From contig JBLDXI010000050.1 in NCBI GenBank assembly GCA_047495785.1, positions 434,001 to 498,000 on the forward strand: 64,000 nt of DNA, in the 5' to 3' direction. A model generated the notes under the pieces. The model saw only the letters and a program-made list of their open reading frames with translations. It searched no databases and had not been told where the DNA came from. Position numbers and translations under genes: made by a program. The DNA comes from Lepidodermella squamata. Its lineage: Eukaryota; Animalia; Gastrotricha. Positions 27,001 to 41,720 of this stretch are shown here, in pieces. Within the stretch, counting starts at the first letter, position 1, and every line of letters begins with the position of its first letter.

Positions 27001-30000
27001 AATGTCAGAAAATTCATTTCTCGGGTGCGAAACAATAATGCATGGCAGACGGAACGCGTCGTGTCCCATCATTGTGGTAGCTCTCACAGAAATTTCAGAA
27101 AATGCATTGCCCTTGAGTGAATGGAGAATGCCTCGCCGACAGAACGCGTCGTATCTGTTCATTGTGGTAGCCATCACAGAAATGTCAGGAAATTCATTGC
27201 TCGGGTGCGAAACGATAATGCCTGGCAGACAAAAGGCGCCGTGTCCGATCATTGTGGTAGCTGTCACAGAAATGTCAGAAAATTCATTTCTCGGGTGCGA
27301 AACGATAATGCATGGCAGACGGAACGCTTCGTGTCAGTTCATTGTGGTAGCCATCACAGAAATGTCAGAAAATTCATTTCTCGGGTGCGAAACGATAATG
27401 CATGGCAGACGGAACGCTTCGTGTCAGTTCATTGTGGTAGCCATCACAGGAATTTCAGGAAATTCATTTCTCGGGTGCGAAACGATAATGCATGGCAGAC
27501 AAAACGCGCCGTGTCCGATCATTGTGGTAGCTCTCACAGAAATTTCAGAAAATTCATTGCCCTTGAGTGAATGGAGAATGCCTCGCCGACAGAACGCGTC
27601 GTGTCTGTTCATTGTGGTAGCCATCACAGAAATGTCAGGAAATTCATTGCTCGGGTGCGAAACGATAATGCCTGGCAGACAAAAGGCGCCGTGTCCGATC
27701 ATTGTGGTAGCTGTCACAGAAATGTCAGAAAATTCATTTCTCGGGTGCGAAACGATAATGCATGGCAGACGGAACGCTTCGTGTCAGTTCATTGTGGTAG
27801 CCATCACAGAAATGTCAGAAAATTCATTTCTCGGGTGCGAAACGATAATGCATGGCAGACGGAACGCTTCGTGTCAGTTCATTGTGGTAGCTCTCACAGA
27901 AATTTCAGGAAATTCATTGCTCGGGTGCGAAACGATAATGCCTGGCAGACAAAACGCGCCGTGTCCGATCATTGTGGTAGCTCTCACAGAAATTTCAGAA
28001 AATTCATTGCCCTTGAGTGAATGGAGAATGCCTCGCCGACAGAACGCGTCGTGTCTGTTCATTGTGGTAGATGTCACAGAAATTTCAGGAAATTCATTGC
28101 TCGGGTGCGAAACGATAATGCCTGGCAGACAAAAGGCGCCGTGTCCGATCATTGTGGTAGCTGTCACAGAAATGTCAGAAAATTCATTTCTCGGGTGCGA
28201 AACGATAATGCATGGCAGACGGAACGCTTCGTGTCAGTTCATTGTGGTAGCCATCTCAGGAATTTCAGGAAATTCATTGCTCGGGTGCGAAACGATAATG
28301 CCTCGCCGACAGAACGCGTTGTCCCTGCTCATTGTGGTAGCTGTCACAGAAATGTCAGAAAATTCATTTCTCGGGTGCGAAACGATAATGCATGGCAGAC
28401 GGAACGCTTCGTGTCAGTTCATTGTGGTAGCCATCACAGAAATGTCAGGAAATTCATTGCTCGGGTGCGAAACGATAATGCCTCGCCGACAGAACGCGTT
28501 GTCCCTGCTCATTGTGGTAGATGTCACAGAAATGTCAGAAAATTCATTTCTCGGGTGCGAAACGATAATGCCTGGCAGACAAAACGCGTCGTGTCCCATC
28601 ATTGTGGTAGCTCTCACAGAAATTTCAGAAAATTCATTGCCCTTGAGTGAATGGAGAATGCCTCGCCGACAGAACGCGTCGTGTCTGTTCATTGTGGTAG
28701 ATGTCACAGAAATTTCAGGAAATTCATTGCTCGGGTGCGAAACGATAATGCCTGGCAGACAAAAGGCGCCGTGTCCGATCATTGTGGTAGCTGTCACAGA
28801 AATGTCAGAAAATTCATTTCTCGGGTGCGAAACGATAATGCCTCGCCGACAGAACGCGTTGTGCCTGCTCATTGTGGTAGCTGTCACAGAAATGTCAGAA
28901 AATTCATTGCTCGGGTGCGAAACGATAATGCCTGGCAGACAAAACGCGCCGTGTCAGCTCATTGTGGTAGCTCTCACAGAAATCTCAGGAAATTCATTGC
29001 TGGGTTGCGAAACGATAATGCCTCGCCGACAGAACGCGTTGTGCCTGCTCATTGTGGTAGCTGTCACAGCAATGTCAGAAAATTCATTTCTCGGGTGCGA
29101 AACGATAATGCATGGCAGACAGAACGCGTCGTGTCAGTTCATTGTGGTAGCTCTCACAGAAATTTCAGGAAATTGATTGCTCGGGTGCGAAACGATAATG
29201 CCTGGCAGACAAAACGCGCCGTGTCCGATCATTGTGGTAGCTCTCACGAAATTTCAGAAAATTCATTTCTCGGGTGCGAAACGATAATGCATGGCAGACG
29301 GAACGCTTCGTGTCAGTTCATTGTGGTAGCCATCACAGAAATGTCAGGAAATTCATTGCTCGGGTGCGAAACGATAATGCCTCGCCGACAGAACGCGTTG
29401 TCCCTGCTCATTGTTGTAGATGTCACAGAAATGTCAGAAAATTCATTTCTCGGGTGCGAAACGATAATGCCTGGCAGACAAAACGCGTCGTGTCCCATCA
29501 TTGTGGTAGCTCTCACAGAAATTTCAGAAAATTCATTGCCCTTGAGTGAATGGAGAATGCCTCGCCGACAGAACGCGTCGTGTCTGTTCATTGTGGTAGA
29601 TGTCACAGAAATTTCAGGAAATTCATTGCTCGGGTGCGAAACGATAATGCCTGGCAGACAAAAGGCGCCGTGTCCGATCATTGTGGTAGCTGTCACAGAA
29701 ATGTCAGAAAATTCATTTCTCGGGTGCGAAACGATAATGCATGGCAGACAGAACGCGTCGTGTCAGTTCATTGTGGTAGCTCTCACAGAAATTTCAGGAA
29801 ATTGATTGCTCGGGTGCGAAACGATAATGCCTGGCAGACAAAACGCGCCGTGTCCGATCATTGTGGTAGCTGTCACAGAAATGTCAGAAAATTCATTTCT
29901 CGGGTGCGAAACGATAATGCCTCGCCGACAGAACGCGTTGTGCCTGCTCATTGTGGTAGCTGTCACAGAAATGTCAGAAAATTCATTGCTCGGGTGCGAA

Positions 30001-33000
30001 ACGATAATGCCTGGCAGACAAAACGCGCCGTGTCAGCTCATTGTGGTAGCTCTCACAGAAATCTCAGGAAATTCATTGCTGGGTTGCGAAACGATAATGC
30101 CTCGCCGACAGAACGCGTTGTGCCTGCTCATTGTGGTAGCTGTCACAGCAATGTCAGAAAATTCATTTCTCGGGTGCGAAACGATAATGCATGGCAGACA
30201 GAACGCGTCGTGTCAGTTCATTGTGGTAGCTCTCACAGAAATTTCAGGAAATTGATTGCTCGGGTGCGAAACGATAATGCCTGGCAGACAAAACGCGCCG
30301 TGTCCGATCATTGTGGTAGCTGTCACAGAAATGTCAGAAAATTCATTTCTCGGGTGCGAAACGATAATGCATGGCAGACAGAACGCGTCGTGTCAGTTCA
30401 TTGTGGTAGCTCTCACAGAAATTTCAGGAAATTGATTGCTCGGGTGCGAAACGATAATGCCTGGCAGACAAAACGCGCCGTGTCCGATCATTGTGGTAGC
30501 TGTCACAGAAATGTCAGAAAATTCATTTCTCGGGTGCGAAACGATAATGCCTCGCCGACAGAACGCGTTGTGCCTGCTCATTGTGGTAGCTGTCACAGAA
30601 ATGTCAGAAAATTCATTGCTCGGGTGCGAAACGATAATGCCTGGCAGACAAAACGCGCCGTGTCAGCTCATTGTGGTAGCTCTCACAGAAATCTCAGGAA
30701 ATTCATTGCTGGGTTGCGAAACGATAATGCCTCGCCGACAGAACGCGTTGTGCCTGCTCATTGTGGTAGCTGTCACAGCAATGTCAGAAAATTCATTTCT
30801 CGGGTGCGAAACGATAATGCATGGCAGACAGAACGCGTCGTGTCAGTTCATTGTGGTAGCTCTCACAGAAATTTCAGGAAATTGATTGCTCGGGTGCGAA
30901 ACGATAATGCCTGGCAGACAAAAGGCGCCGTGTCCGATCATTGTGGTAGCTGTCACAGAAATGTCAGAAAATTCATTTCTCGGGTGCGAAACGATAATGC
31001 ATGGCAGACAGAACGCGTCGTGTCAGTTCATTGTGGTAGCTCTCACAGAAATTTCAGAAAATTCATTGCTCGGGTGCGAAACGATAATGCCTCGCCGACA
31101 GAACGCGTAGTCCCTGCTCATTGTTGTAGATGTCACAGAAATGTCAGAAAATTCATTTCTCGGGTGCGAAACGATAATGCCTGGCAGACAAAACGCGCCG
31201 TGTCCGATCATTGTGGTAGCTCTCACAGAAATTTCAGAAAATTCATTGCCCTTGAGTGAATGGAGAATGCCTCGCCGACAGAACGCGTCGTGTCTGTTCA
31301 TTGTGGTAGATGTCACAGAAATGTCAGAAAATTCATTTCTCGGGTGCGAAACAATAATGCATGGCAGACGGAACGCGTCGTGTCCCATCATTGTGGTAGC
31401 TCTCACAGAAATTTCAGAAAATGCATTGCCCTTGAGTGAATGGAGAATGCCTCGCCGACAGAACGCGTCGTGTCTGTTCATTGTGGTAGATGTCACAGAA
31501 ATTTCAGGAAATTCATTGCTCGGGTGCGAAACGATAATGCCTGGCAGACAAAAGGCGCCGTGTCCGATCATTGTGGTAGCTGTCACAGAAATGTCAGAAA
31601 ATTCATTTCTCGGGTGCGAAACGATAATGCATGGCAGACGGAACGCTTCGTGTCAGTTCATTGTGGTAGCCATCACAGAAATGTCAGGAAATTCATTGCT
31701 CGGGTGCGAAACGATAATGCCTGGCAGACAAAACGCGCCGTGTCCGATCATTGTGGTAGCTGTCACAGAAATGTCAGAAAATTCATTTCTCGGGTGCGAA
31801 ACGATAATGCCTCGCCGACAGAACGCGTTGTGCCTGCTCATTGTGGTAGCTGTCACAGAAATGTCAGAAAATTCATTGCTCGGGTGCGAAACGATAATGC
31901 CTGGCAGACAAAACGCGCCGTGTCAGCTCATTGTGGTAGCTCTCACAGAAATCTCAGGAAATTCATTGCTGGGTTGCGAAACGATAATGCCTGGCAGACA
32001 AAAGGCGCCGTGTCCGATCATTGTGGTAGCTGTCACAGAAATGTCAGAAAATTCATTTCTCGGGTGCGAAACGATAATGCATGGCAGACAGAACGCGTCG
32101 TGTCAGTTCATTGTGGTAGCTCTCACAGAAATTTCAGGAAATTGATTGCTCGGGTGCGAAACGATAATGCCTGGCAGACAAAACGCGCCGTGTCCGATCA
32201 TTGTGGTAGCTGTCACAGAAATGTCAGGAAATTCATTTCTCGGGTGCGAAACGATAATGCCTCGCCGACAGAACGCGTTGTGCCTGCTCATTGTGGTAGC
32301 TGTCACAGAAATGTCAGAAAATTCATTGCTCGGGTGCGAAACGATAATGCATGGCAGACAGAACGCGTCGTGTCAGTTCATTGTGGTAGCTCTCACAGAA
32401 ATTTCAGGAAATTGATTGCTCGGGTGCGAAACGATAATGCCTGGCAGACAAAACGCGCCGTGTCCGATCATTGTGGTAGCTCTCACAGAAATTCCAGAAA
32501 ATTCATTGCCCTTGAGTGAATGGAGAATGCCTCGCCGACAGAACGCGTCGTGTCTGTTCATTGTGGTAGATGTCACAGAAATTTCAGGAAAATCTTTGCT
32601 CGGGTGCGAAACGATAATGCCTCGCCGACAGAACGCGTTGTGTCTGCTCATTGTGGTAGCTGTCACAGCAATGTCAGAAAATTCATTTCTCGGGTGCGAA
32701 ACGATAATGCATGGCAGACAGAACGCGTCGTGTCAGTTCATTGTGGTAGCTCTCACAGAAATTTCAGGAAATTCATTGCTCGGGTGCGAAACGATAATGC
32801 CTGGCAGACAAAAGGCGCCGTGTCCGATCATTGTGGTAGCTGTCACAGAAATGTCAGAAAATTCATTTCTCGGGTGCGAAACGATAATGCATGGCAGACA
32901 GAACGCGTCGTGTCAGTTCATTGTGGTAGCTCTCACAGAAATTTCAGGAAATTCATTGCTCGGGTGCGAAATAACGATAATGCCTCGCCGACAGAACGCG

Positions 33001-36000
33001 TTGTGTCTGCTCATTGTGGTAGCTGTCACAGAAATGTCAGAAAATTCATTTCTCGGGTGCGAAACGATAATGCATGGCAGACAGAACGCGTCGTGTCAGC
33101 TCATTGTGGTAGCTCTCACAGAAATCTCAGGAAATTCATCGCTGGGTTGCGAAACGATAATGCCTCGCCGACAGAACGCGTTGTGCCTGCTCATTGTGGT
33201 AGCTGTCACAGAAATGTCAGAAAATTCATTTCTCGGGTGCGAAACGATAATGCATGGCAGACAGAACGCGTCGTGTCAGCTCATTGTGGTAGCTCTCACA
33301 GAAATCTCAGGAAATTCATCGCTGGGTTGCGAAACGATAATGCCTCGCCGACAGAACGCGTTGTGCCTGCTCATTGTGGTAGCTGTCACAGAAATGTCAG
33401 AAAATTCATTTCTCGGGTGCGAAACGATAATGCATGGCAGACAGAACGCGTCGTGTCAGTTCATTGTGGTAGCTCTCACAGAAATCTCAGGAAATTCATC
33501 GCTGGGTTGCGAAACGATAATGCCTCGCCGACAGAACGCGTTGTGCCTGCTCATTGTGGTAGCTGTCACAGAAATGTCAGAAAATTCATTTCTCGGGTGC
33601 GAAACGAAAATGCATGGCAGACAGAACGCGTCGTGTCAGTTCATTGTGGTAGCTCTCACAGAAATTTCAGAAAATTCATTGCCCTTGAGTGAATGGAGAA
33701 TGCCTCGCCGACAGAACGCGTCGTGTCTGTTCATTGTGGTAGATGTCACAGAAATTTCAGGAAAATCTTTGCTCGGGTGCGAAACGATAATGCCTCGCCG
33801 ATAGAACGCGTTGTGTCTGCTCATTGTGGTAGCTGTCACAGCAATGTCAGAAAATTCATTTCTCGGGTGCGAAACGATAATGCATGGCAGACAGAACGCG
33901 TCGTGTCAGTTCATTGTGGTAGCTCTCACAGAAATTTCAGGAAATTGATTGCTCGGGTGCGAAACGATAATGCCTGGCAGACAAAAGGCGCCGTGTCCGA
34001 TCATTGTCGTAGCTGTCACAGCAATGTCAGAAAATTCATTTCTCGGGTGCGAAACGATAATGCATGGCAGACAGAACGCGTCGTGTCAGTTCATTGTGGT
34101 AGCTCTCACAGAAATTTCAGGAAATTGATTGCTCGGGTGCGAAACGATAATGCCTGGCAGACAAAAGGCGCCGTGTCCGATCATTGTCGTAGCTGTCACA
34201 GAAATGTCAGAAAATTCATTTCTCGGGTGCGAAACGATAATGCATGGCAGACGGAACGCGTCGTGTCAGTTCATTGTGGTAGCCATCACAGGAATTTCAG
34301 GAAATTCATTGCTCGGGTGCGAAACGATAATGCATGGCAGACGGAACGCGTCGTGTCTGCTCATTGTCGTAGCTGTCACAGAAATGTCAGAAAATTCATT
34401 TCTCGGGTGCGAAACGATAATGCATGGCAGACAAAACGCGTCGTGTCAGTTCATTGTGGTAGCCATCACAGGAATTTCAGGAAATTCATTGCTCGGGTGC
34501 GAAATAACGATAATGCCTCGCCGACAAAAGGCGCCGTGTCCGATCATTGTGGTAGCTGTCACAGAAATGTCAGAAAATTCATTTCTCGGGTGCGAAACGA
34601 TAATGCATGGCAGACAGAACGCGTCGTGTCAGTTCATTGTGGTAGCTCTCACAGAAATTTCAGGAAATTCATTGCTCGGGTGCGAAATAACGATAATGCC
34701 TCGCCGACAGAACGCGTTGTGTCTGCTCATTGTGGTAGCTGTCACAGAAATGTCAGAAAATTCATTTCTCGGGTGCGAAACGATAATGCATGGCAGACAG
34801 AACGCGTCGTGTCAGCTCATTGTGGTAGCTCTCACAGAAATCTCAGGAAATTCATCGCTGGGTTGCGAAACGATAATGCCTCGCCGACAGAACGCGTTGT
34901 GCCTGCTCATTGTGGTAGCTGTCACAGAAATGTCAGAAAATTCATTTCTCGGGTGCGAAACGATAATGCATGGCAGACAGAACGCGTCGTGTCAGCTCAT
35001 TGTGGTAGCTCTCACAGAAATCTCAGGAAATTCATCGCTGGGTTGCGAAACGATAATGCCTCGCCGACAGAACGCGTTGTGCCTGCTCATTGTGGTAGCT
35101 GTCACAGAAATGTCAGAAAATTCATTTCTCGGGTGCGAAACGATAATGCATGGCAGACAGAACGCGTCGTGTCAGTTCATTGTGGTAGCTCTCACAGAAA
35201 TCTCAGGAAATTCATCGCTGGGTTGCGAAACGATAATGCCTCGCCGACAGAACGCGTTGTGCCTGCTCATTGTGGTAGCTGTCACAGAAATGTCAGAAAA
35301 TTCATTTCTCGGGTGCGAAACGAAAATGCATGGCAGACAGAACGCGTCGTGTCAGTTCATTGTGGTAGCTCTCACAGAAATTTCAGAAAATTCATTGCCC
35401 TTGAGTGAATGGAGAATGCCTCGCCGACAGAACGCGTCGTGTCTGTTCATTGTGGTAGATGTCACAGAAATTTCAGGAAAATCTTTGCTCGGGTGCGAAA
35501 CGATAATGCCTCGCCGATAGAACGCGTTGTGTCTGCTCATTGTGGTAGCTGTCACAGCAATGTCAGAAAATTCATTTCTCGGGTGCGAAACGATAATGCA
35601 TGGCAGACAGAACGCGTCGTGTCAGTTCATTGTGGTAGCTCTCACAGAAATTTCAGGAAATTGATTGCTCGGGTGCGAAACGATAATGCCTGGCAGACAA
35701 AAGGCGCCGTGTCCGATCATTGTCGTAGCTGTCACAGAAATGTCAGAAAATTCATTTCTCGGGTGCGAAACGATAATGCATGGCAGACAAAACGCGTCGT
35801 GTCAGTTCATTGTGGTAGCCATCACAGGAATTTCAGGAAATTCATTGCTCGGGTGCGAAATAACGATAATGCCTCGCCGACAAAAGGCGCCGTGTCCGAT
35901 CATTGTGGTAGCTGTCACAGAAATGTCAGAAAATTCATTTCTCGGGTGCGAAACGATAATGCATGGCAGACAGAACGCGTCGTGTCAGTTCATTGTGGTA

Positions 36001-39000
36001 GCTCTCACAGAAATTTCAGGAAATTCATTGCTCGGGTGCGAAATAACGATAATGCCTCGCCGACAGAACGCGTTGTGTCTGCTCATTGTGGTAGCTGTCA
36101 CAGAAATGTCAGAAAATTCATTTCTCGGGTGCGAAACGATAATGCATGGCAGACAGAACGCGTCGTGTCAGCTCATTGTGGTAGCTCTCACAGGAATCTC
36201 AGGAAATTCATCGCTGGGTTGCGAAACGATAATGCCTCGCCGACAGAACGCGTTGTGCCTGCTCATTGTGGTAGCTGTCACAGAAATGTCAGAAAATTCA
36301 TTTCTCGGGTGCGAAACGATAATGCATGGCAGACAGAACGCGTCGTGTCAGCTCATTGTGGTAGCTCTCACAGAAATCTCAGGAAATTCATCGCTGGGTT
36401 GCGAAACGATAATGCCTCGCCGACAGAACGCGTTGTGCCTGCTCATTGTGGTAGCTGTCACAGAAATGTCAGAAAATTCATTTCTCGGGTGCGAAACGAT
36501 AATGCATGGCAGACAGAACGCGTCGTGTCAGTTCATTGTGGTAGCTCTCACAGAAATCTCAGGAAATTCATCGCTGGGTTGCGAAACGATAATGCCTCGC
36601 CGACAGAACGCGTTGTGCCTGCTCATTGTGGTAGCTGTCACAGAAATGTCAGAAAATTCATTTCTCGGGTGCGAAACGAAAATGCATGGCAGACAGAACG
36701 CGTCGTGTCAGTTCATTGTGGTAGCTCTCACAGAAATTTCAGAAAATTCATTGCCCTTGAGTGAATGGAGAATGCCTCGCCGACAGAACGCGTCGTGTCT
36801 GTTCATTGTGGTAGATGTCACAGAAATTTCAGGAAAATCTTTGCTCGGGTGCGAAACGATAATGCCTCGCCGACAGAACGCGTTGTGTCTGCTCATTGTG
36901 GTAGCTGTCACAGCAATGTCAGAAAATTCATTTCTCGGGTGCGAAACGATAATGCATGGCAGACAGAACGCGTCGTGTCAGTTCATTGTGGTAGCTCTCA
37001 CAGAAATTTCAGGAAATTGATTGCTCGGGTGCGAAACGATAATGCCTGGCAGACAAAAGGCGCCGTGTCCGATCATTGTGGTAGCTGTCACAGAAATGTC
37101 AGAAAATTCATTTCTCGGGTGCGAAACGATAATGCCTGGCAGACAAAAGGCGCCGTGTCCGATCATTGTGGTAGCCATCACAGGAATTTCAGGAAATTCA
37201 TTGCTCGGGTGCGAAACGATAATGCCTCGCCGACTGAACGCGTTGTGCCTGCTCATTGTGGTAGATGTAACAGAAATGTCAGAAAATTCATTTCTCGGGT
37301 GCGAAACGATAAGGCCTGGCAGACAAAACGCGCCGTGTCCGATCATTGTGGTAGCTCTCACAGAAATTCCAGAAAATTCATTGCCCTTGAGTGAATGGAG
37401 AATGCCTCGCCGACAGAACGCGTCGTGTCTGTTCATTGTGGTAGATGTCACAGAAATGTCAGAAAATTCATTTCTCGGGTGCGAAACGATAATGCCTCGC
37501 CGACAGAACGCGTCGTGTCAGTTCATTGTGGTAGCTCTCACAGAAATTTCAGGAAATTCATTGCTCGGGTGCGAAATAACGATAATGCCTCGCCGACAAA
37601 AGGCGCCGTGTCCGATCATTGTGGTAGCTGTCACAGAAATGTCAGAAAATTCATTTCTCGGGTGCGAAACGATAATGCATGGCAGACAGAACGCGTCGTG
37701 TCAGTTCATTGTGGTAGCTCTCACAGAAATTTCAGGAAATTGATTGCTCGGGTGCGAAATAACGATAATGCCTCGCCGACAGAACGCGTTGTGTCTGCTC
37801 ATTGTGGTAGCTGTCACAGAAATGTCAGAAAATTCATTTCTCGGGTGCGAAACGATAATGCATGGCAGACAGAACGCGTCGTGTCAGCTCATTGTGGTAG
37901 CTCTCACAGAAATCTCAGGAAATTCATCGCTGGGTTGCGAAACGATAATGCCTCGCCGACAGAACGCGTTGTGCCTGCTCATTGTGGTAGCTGTCACAGA
38001 AATGTCAGAAAATTCATTTCTCGGGTGCGAAACGATAATGCATGGCAGACAGAACGCGTCGTGTCAGCTCATTGTGGTAGCTCTCACAGAAATCTCAGGA
38101 AATTCATCGCTGGGTTGCGAAACGATAATGCCTCGCCGACAGAACGCGTTGTGCCTGCTCATTGTGGTAGCTGTCACAGAAATGTCAGAAAATTCATTTC
38201 TCGGGTGCGAAACGATAATGCATGGCAGACAGAACGCGTCGTGTCAGCTCATTGTGGTAGCTCTCACAGAAATCTCAGGAAATTCATCGCTGGGTTGCGA
38301 AACGATAATGCCTCGCCGACAGAACGCGTTGTGCCTGCTCATTGTGGTAGCTGTCACAGAAATGTCAGAAAATTCATTTCTCGGGTGCGAAACGAAAATG
38401 CATGGCAGACAGAACGCGTCGTGTCAGTTCATTGTGGTAGCTCTCACAGAAATTTCAGAAAATTCATTGCCCTTGAGTGAATGGAGAATGCCTCGCCGAC
38501 AGAACGCGTCGTGTCTGTTCATTGTGGTAGATGTCACAGAAATTTCAGGAAAATCTTTGCTCGGGTGCGAAACGATAATGCCTCGCCGATAGAACGCGTT
38601 GTGTCTGCTCATTGTGGTAGCTGTCACAGCAATGTCAGAAAATTCATTTCTCGGGTGCGAAACGATAATGCATGGCAGACAGAACGCGTCGTGTCAGTTC
38701 ATTGTGGTAGCTCTCACAGAAATTTCAGGAAATTCATTGCTCGGGTGCGAAACGATAATGCCTGGCAGACAAAACGCGCCGTGTCCGATCATTGTGGTAG
38801 CTCTCACAGAAATTCCAGAAAATTCATTGCCCTTGAGTGAATGGAGAATGCCTCGCCGACAGAACGCGTCGTGTCTGTTCATTGTGGTAGATGTCACAGA
38901 AATTTCAGGAAAATCTTTGCTCGGGTGCGAAACGATAATGCCTCGCCGACAGAACGCGTTGTGCCTGCTCATTGTGGTAGCTGTCACAGAAATGTCAGAA

Positions 39001-41720
39001 AATTCATTTCTCGGGTGCGAAACGATAATGCATGGCAGACAGAACGCGTCGTGTCAGCTCATTGTGGTAGCTCTCACAGAAATCTCAGGAAATTCATCGC
39101 TGGGTTGCGAAACGATAATGCCTCGCCGACAGAACGCGTTGTGCCTGCTCATTGTGGTAGCTGTCACAGAAATGTCAGAAAATTCATTTCTCGGGTGCGA
39201 AACGATAATGCATGGCAGACAGAACGCGTCGTGTCAGCTCATTGTGGTAGCTCTCACAGAAATCTCAGGAAATTCATCGCTGGGTTGCGAAACGATAATG
39301 CCTCGCCGACAGAACGCGTTGTGCCTGCTCATTGTGGTAGCTGTCACAGAAATGTCAGAAAATTCATTTCTCGGGTGCGAAACGAAAATGCATGGCAGAC
39401 AGAACGCGTCGTGTCAGTTCATTGTGGTAGCTCTCACAGAAATTTCAGAAAATTCATTGCCCTTGAGTGAATGGAGAATGCCTCGCCGACAGAACGCGTC
39501 GTGTCTGTTCATTGTGGTAGATGTCACAGAAATTTCAGGAAAATCTTTGCTCGGGTGCGAAACGATAATGCCTCGCCGATAGAACGCGTTGTGTCTGCTC
39601 ATTGTGGTAGCTGTCACAGCAATGTCAGAAAATTCATTTCTCGGGTGCGAAACGATAATGCATGGCAGACAGAACGCGTCGTGTCAGTTCATTGTGGTAG
39701 CTCTCACAGAAATTTCAGGAAATTCATTGCTCGGGTGCGAAACGATAATGCCTGGCAGACAAAACGCGCCGTGTCCGATCATTGTGGTAGCTCTCACAGA
39801 AATTCCAGAAAATTCATTGCCCTTGAGTGAATGGAGAATGCCTCGCCGACAGAACGCGTCGTGTCTGTTCATTGTGGTAGATGTCACAGAAATTTCAGGA
39901 AAATCTTTGCTCGGGTGCGAAACGATAATGCCTCGCCGACAGAACGCGTTGTGTCTGCTCATTGTGGTAGCTGTCACAGCAATGTCAGAAAATTCATTTC
40001 TCGGGTGCGAAACGATAATGCATGGCAGACAGAACGCGTCGTGTCAGTTCATTGTGGTAGCTCTCACAGAAATTTCAGGAAATTGATTGCTCGGGTGCGA
40101 AACGATAATGCCTGGCAGACAAAAGGCGCCGTGTCCGATCATTGTGGTAGCTGTCACAGAAATGTCAGAAAATTCATTTCTCGGGTGCGAAACGATAATG
40201 CCTGGCAGACAAAAGGCGCCGTGTCCGATCATTGTGGTAGCCATCACAGGAATTTCAGGAAATTCATTGCTCGGGTGCGAAACGATAATGCCTCGCCGAC
40301 CGAACGCGTTGTGCCTGCTCATTGTGGTAGATGTAACAGAAATGTCAGAAAATTCATTTCTCGGGTGCGAAACGATAAGGCCTGGCAGACAAAACGCGCC
40401 GTGTCCGATCATTGTGGTAGCTCTCACAGAAATTCCAGAAAATTCATTGCCCTTGAGTGAATGGAGAATGCCTCGCCGACAGAACGCGTCGTGTCTGTTC
40501 ATTGTGGTAGATGTCACAGAAATGTCAGAAAATTCATTTCTCGGGTGCGAAACGATAATGCCTCGCCGACAGAACGCGTTGTGTCTGCTCATTGTGGTAG
40601 CTGTCACAGCAATGTCAGAAAATTCATTTCTCGGGTGCGAAACGATAATGCATGGCAGACAGAACGCGTCGTGTCAGTTCATTGTGGTAGCTCTCACAGA
40701 AATTTCAGAAAATTCATTGCCCTTGAGTGAATGGAGAATGCCTCGCCGACAGAACGCGTCGTGTCTGTTCATTGTGGTAGATGTCACAGAAATTTCAGGA
40801 AAATCTTTGCTCGGGTGCGAAACGATAATGCCTCGCCGATAGAACGCGTTGTGTCTGCTCATTGTGGTAGCTGTCACAGCAATGTCAGAAAATTCATTTC
40901 TCGGGTGCGAAACGATAATGCATGGCAGACAGAACGCGTCGTGTCAGTTCATTGTGGTAGCTCTCACAGAAATTTCAGGAAATTCATTGCTCGGGTGCGA
41001 AACGATAATGCCTGGCAGACAAAACGCGCCGTGTCCGATCATTGTGGTAGCTCTCACAGAAATTCCAGAAAATTCATTGCCCTTGAGTGAATGGAGAATG
41101 CCTCGCCGACAGAACGCGTCGTGTCTGTTCATTGTGGTAGATGTCACAGAAATTTCAGGAAAATCTTTGCTCGGGTGCGAAACGATAATGCCTCGCCGAC
41201 AGAACGCGTTGTGTCTGCTCATTGTGGTAGCTGTCACAGCAATGTCAGAAAATTCATTTCTCGGGTGCGAAACGATAATGCATGGCAGACAGAACGCGTC
41301 GTGTCAGTTCATTGTGGTAGCTCTCACAGAAATTTCAGGAAATTGATTGCTCGGGTGCGAAACGATAATGCCTGGCAGACAAAAGGCGCCGTGTCCGATC
41401 ATTGTGGTAGCTGTCACAGAAATGTCAGAAAATTCATTTCTCGGGTGCGAAACGATAATGCCTGGCAGACAAAAGGCGCCGTGTCCGATCATTGTGGTAG
41501 CCATCACAGGAATTTCAGGAAATTCATTGCTCGGGTGCGAAACGATAATGCCTCGCCGACCGAACGCGTTGTGCCTGCTCATTGTGGTAGATGTAACAGA
41601 AATGTCAGAAAATTCATTTCTCGGGTGCGAAACGATAAGGCCTGGCAGACAAAACGCGCCGTGTCCGATCATTGTGGTAGCTCTCACAGAAATTTCAGAA
41701 AATTCATTGCCCTTGAGTGA
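1..41720. repeat. Homogeneous 90-bp tandem satellite array with higher-order repeats (centromeric/pericentromeric-like)
   Basis: Continuous head-to-tail monomers of about GTAGCTCTCACAGAAATTTCAGAAAATTCATTGCTCGGGTGCGAAACGATAATGCCTGGCAGACAGAACGCGTCGTGTCAGTTCATTGTG. There are two main monomer classes ('CTCGGGTGCGAAACGAT' and 'CCCTTGAGTGAATGGAG'). The centromeric role is inference only. Confidence 0.98.
6780..6796 (+). other. Probable PacBio barcode bc1003 remnant (technical artefact)
   Basis: ACACATCTCGTGAGAGT replaces exactly 17 nt of one monomer and was seen only once. It matches the bc1003 barcode plus T overhang as I recall it. Confidence 0.85.

Noticed and set aside
1-41720. CRISPR-like appearance (constant segment alternating with a variable segment)
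   Set aside because: The variable parts are a few recurring homologous alleles, not unique spacers. There are no cas genes and the context is eukaryotic.
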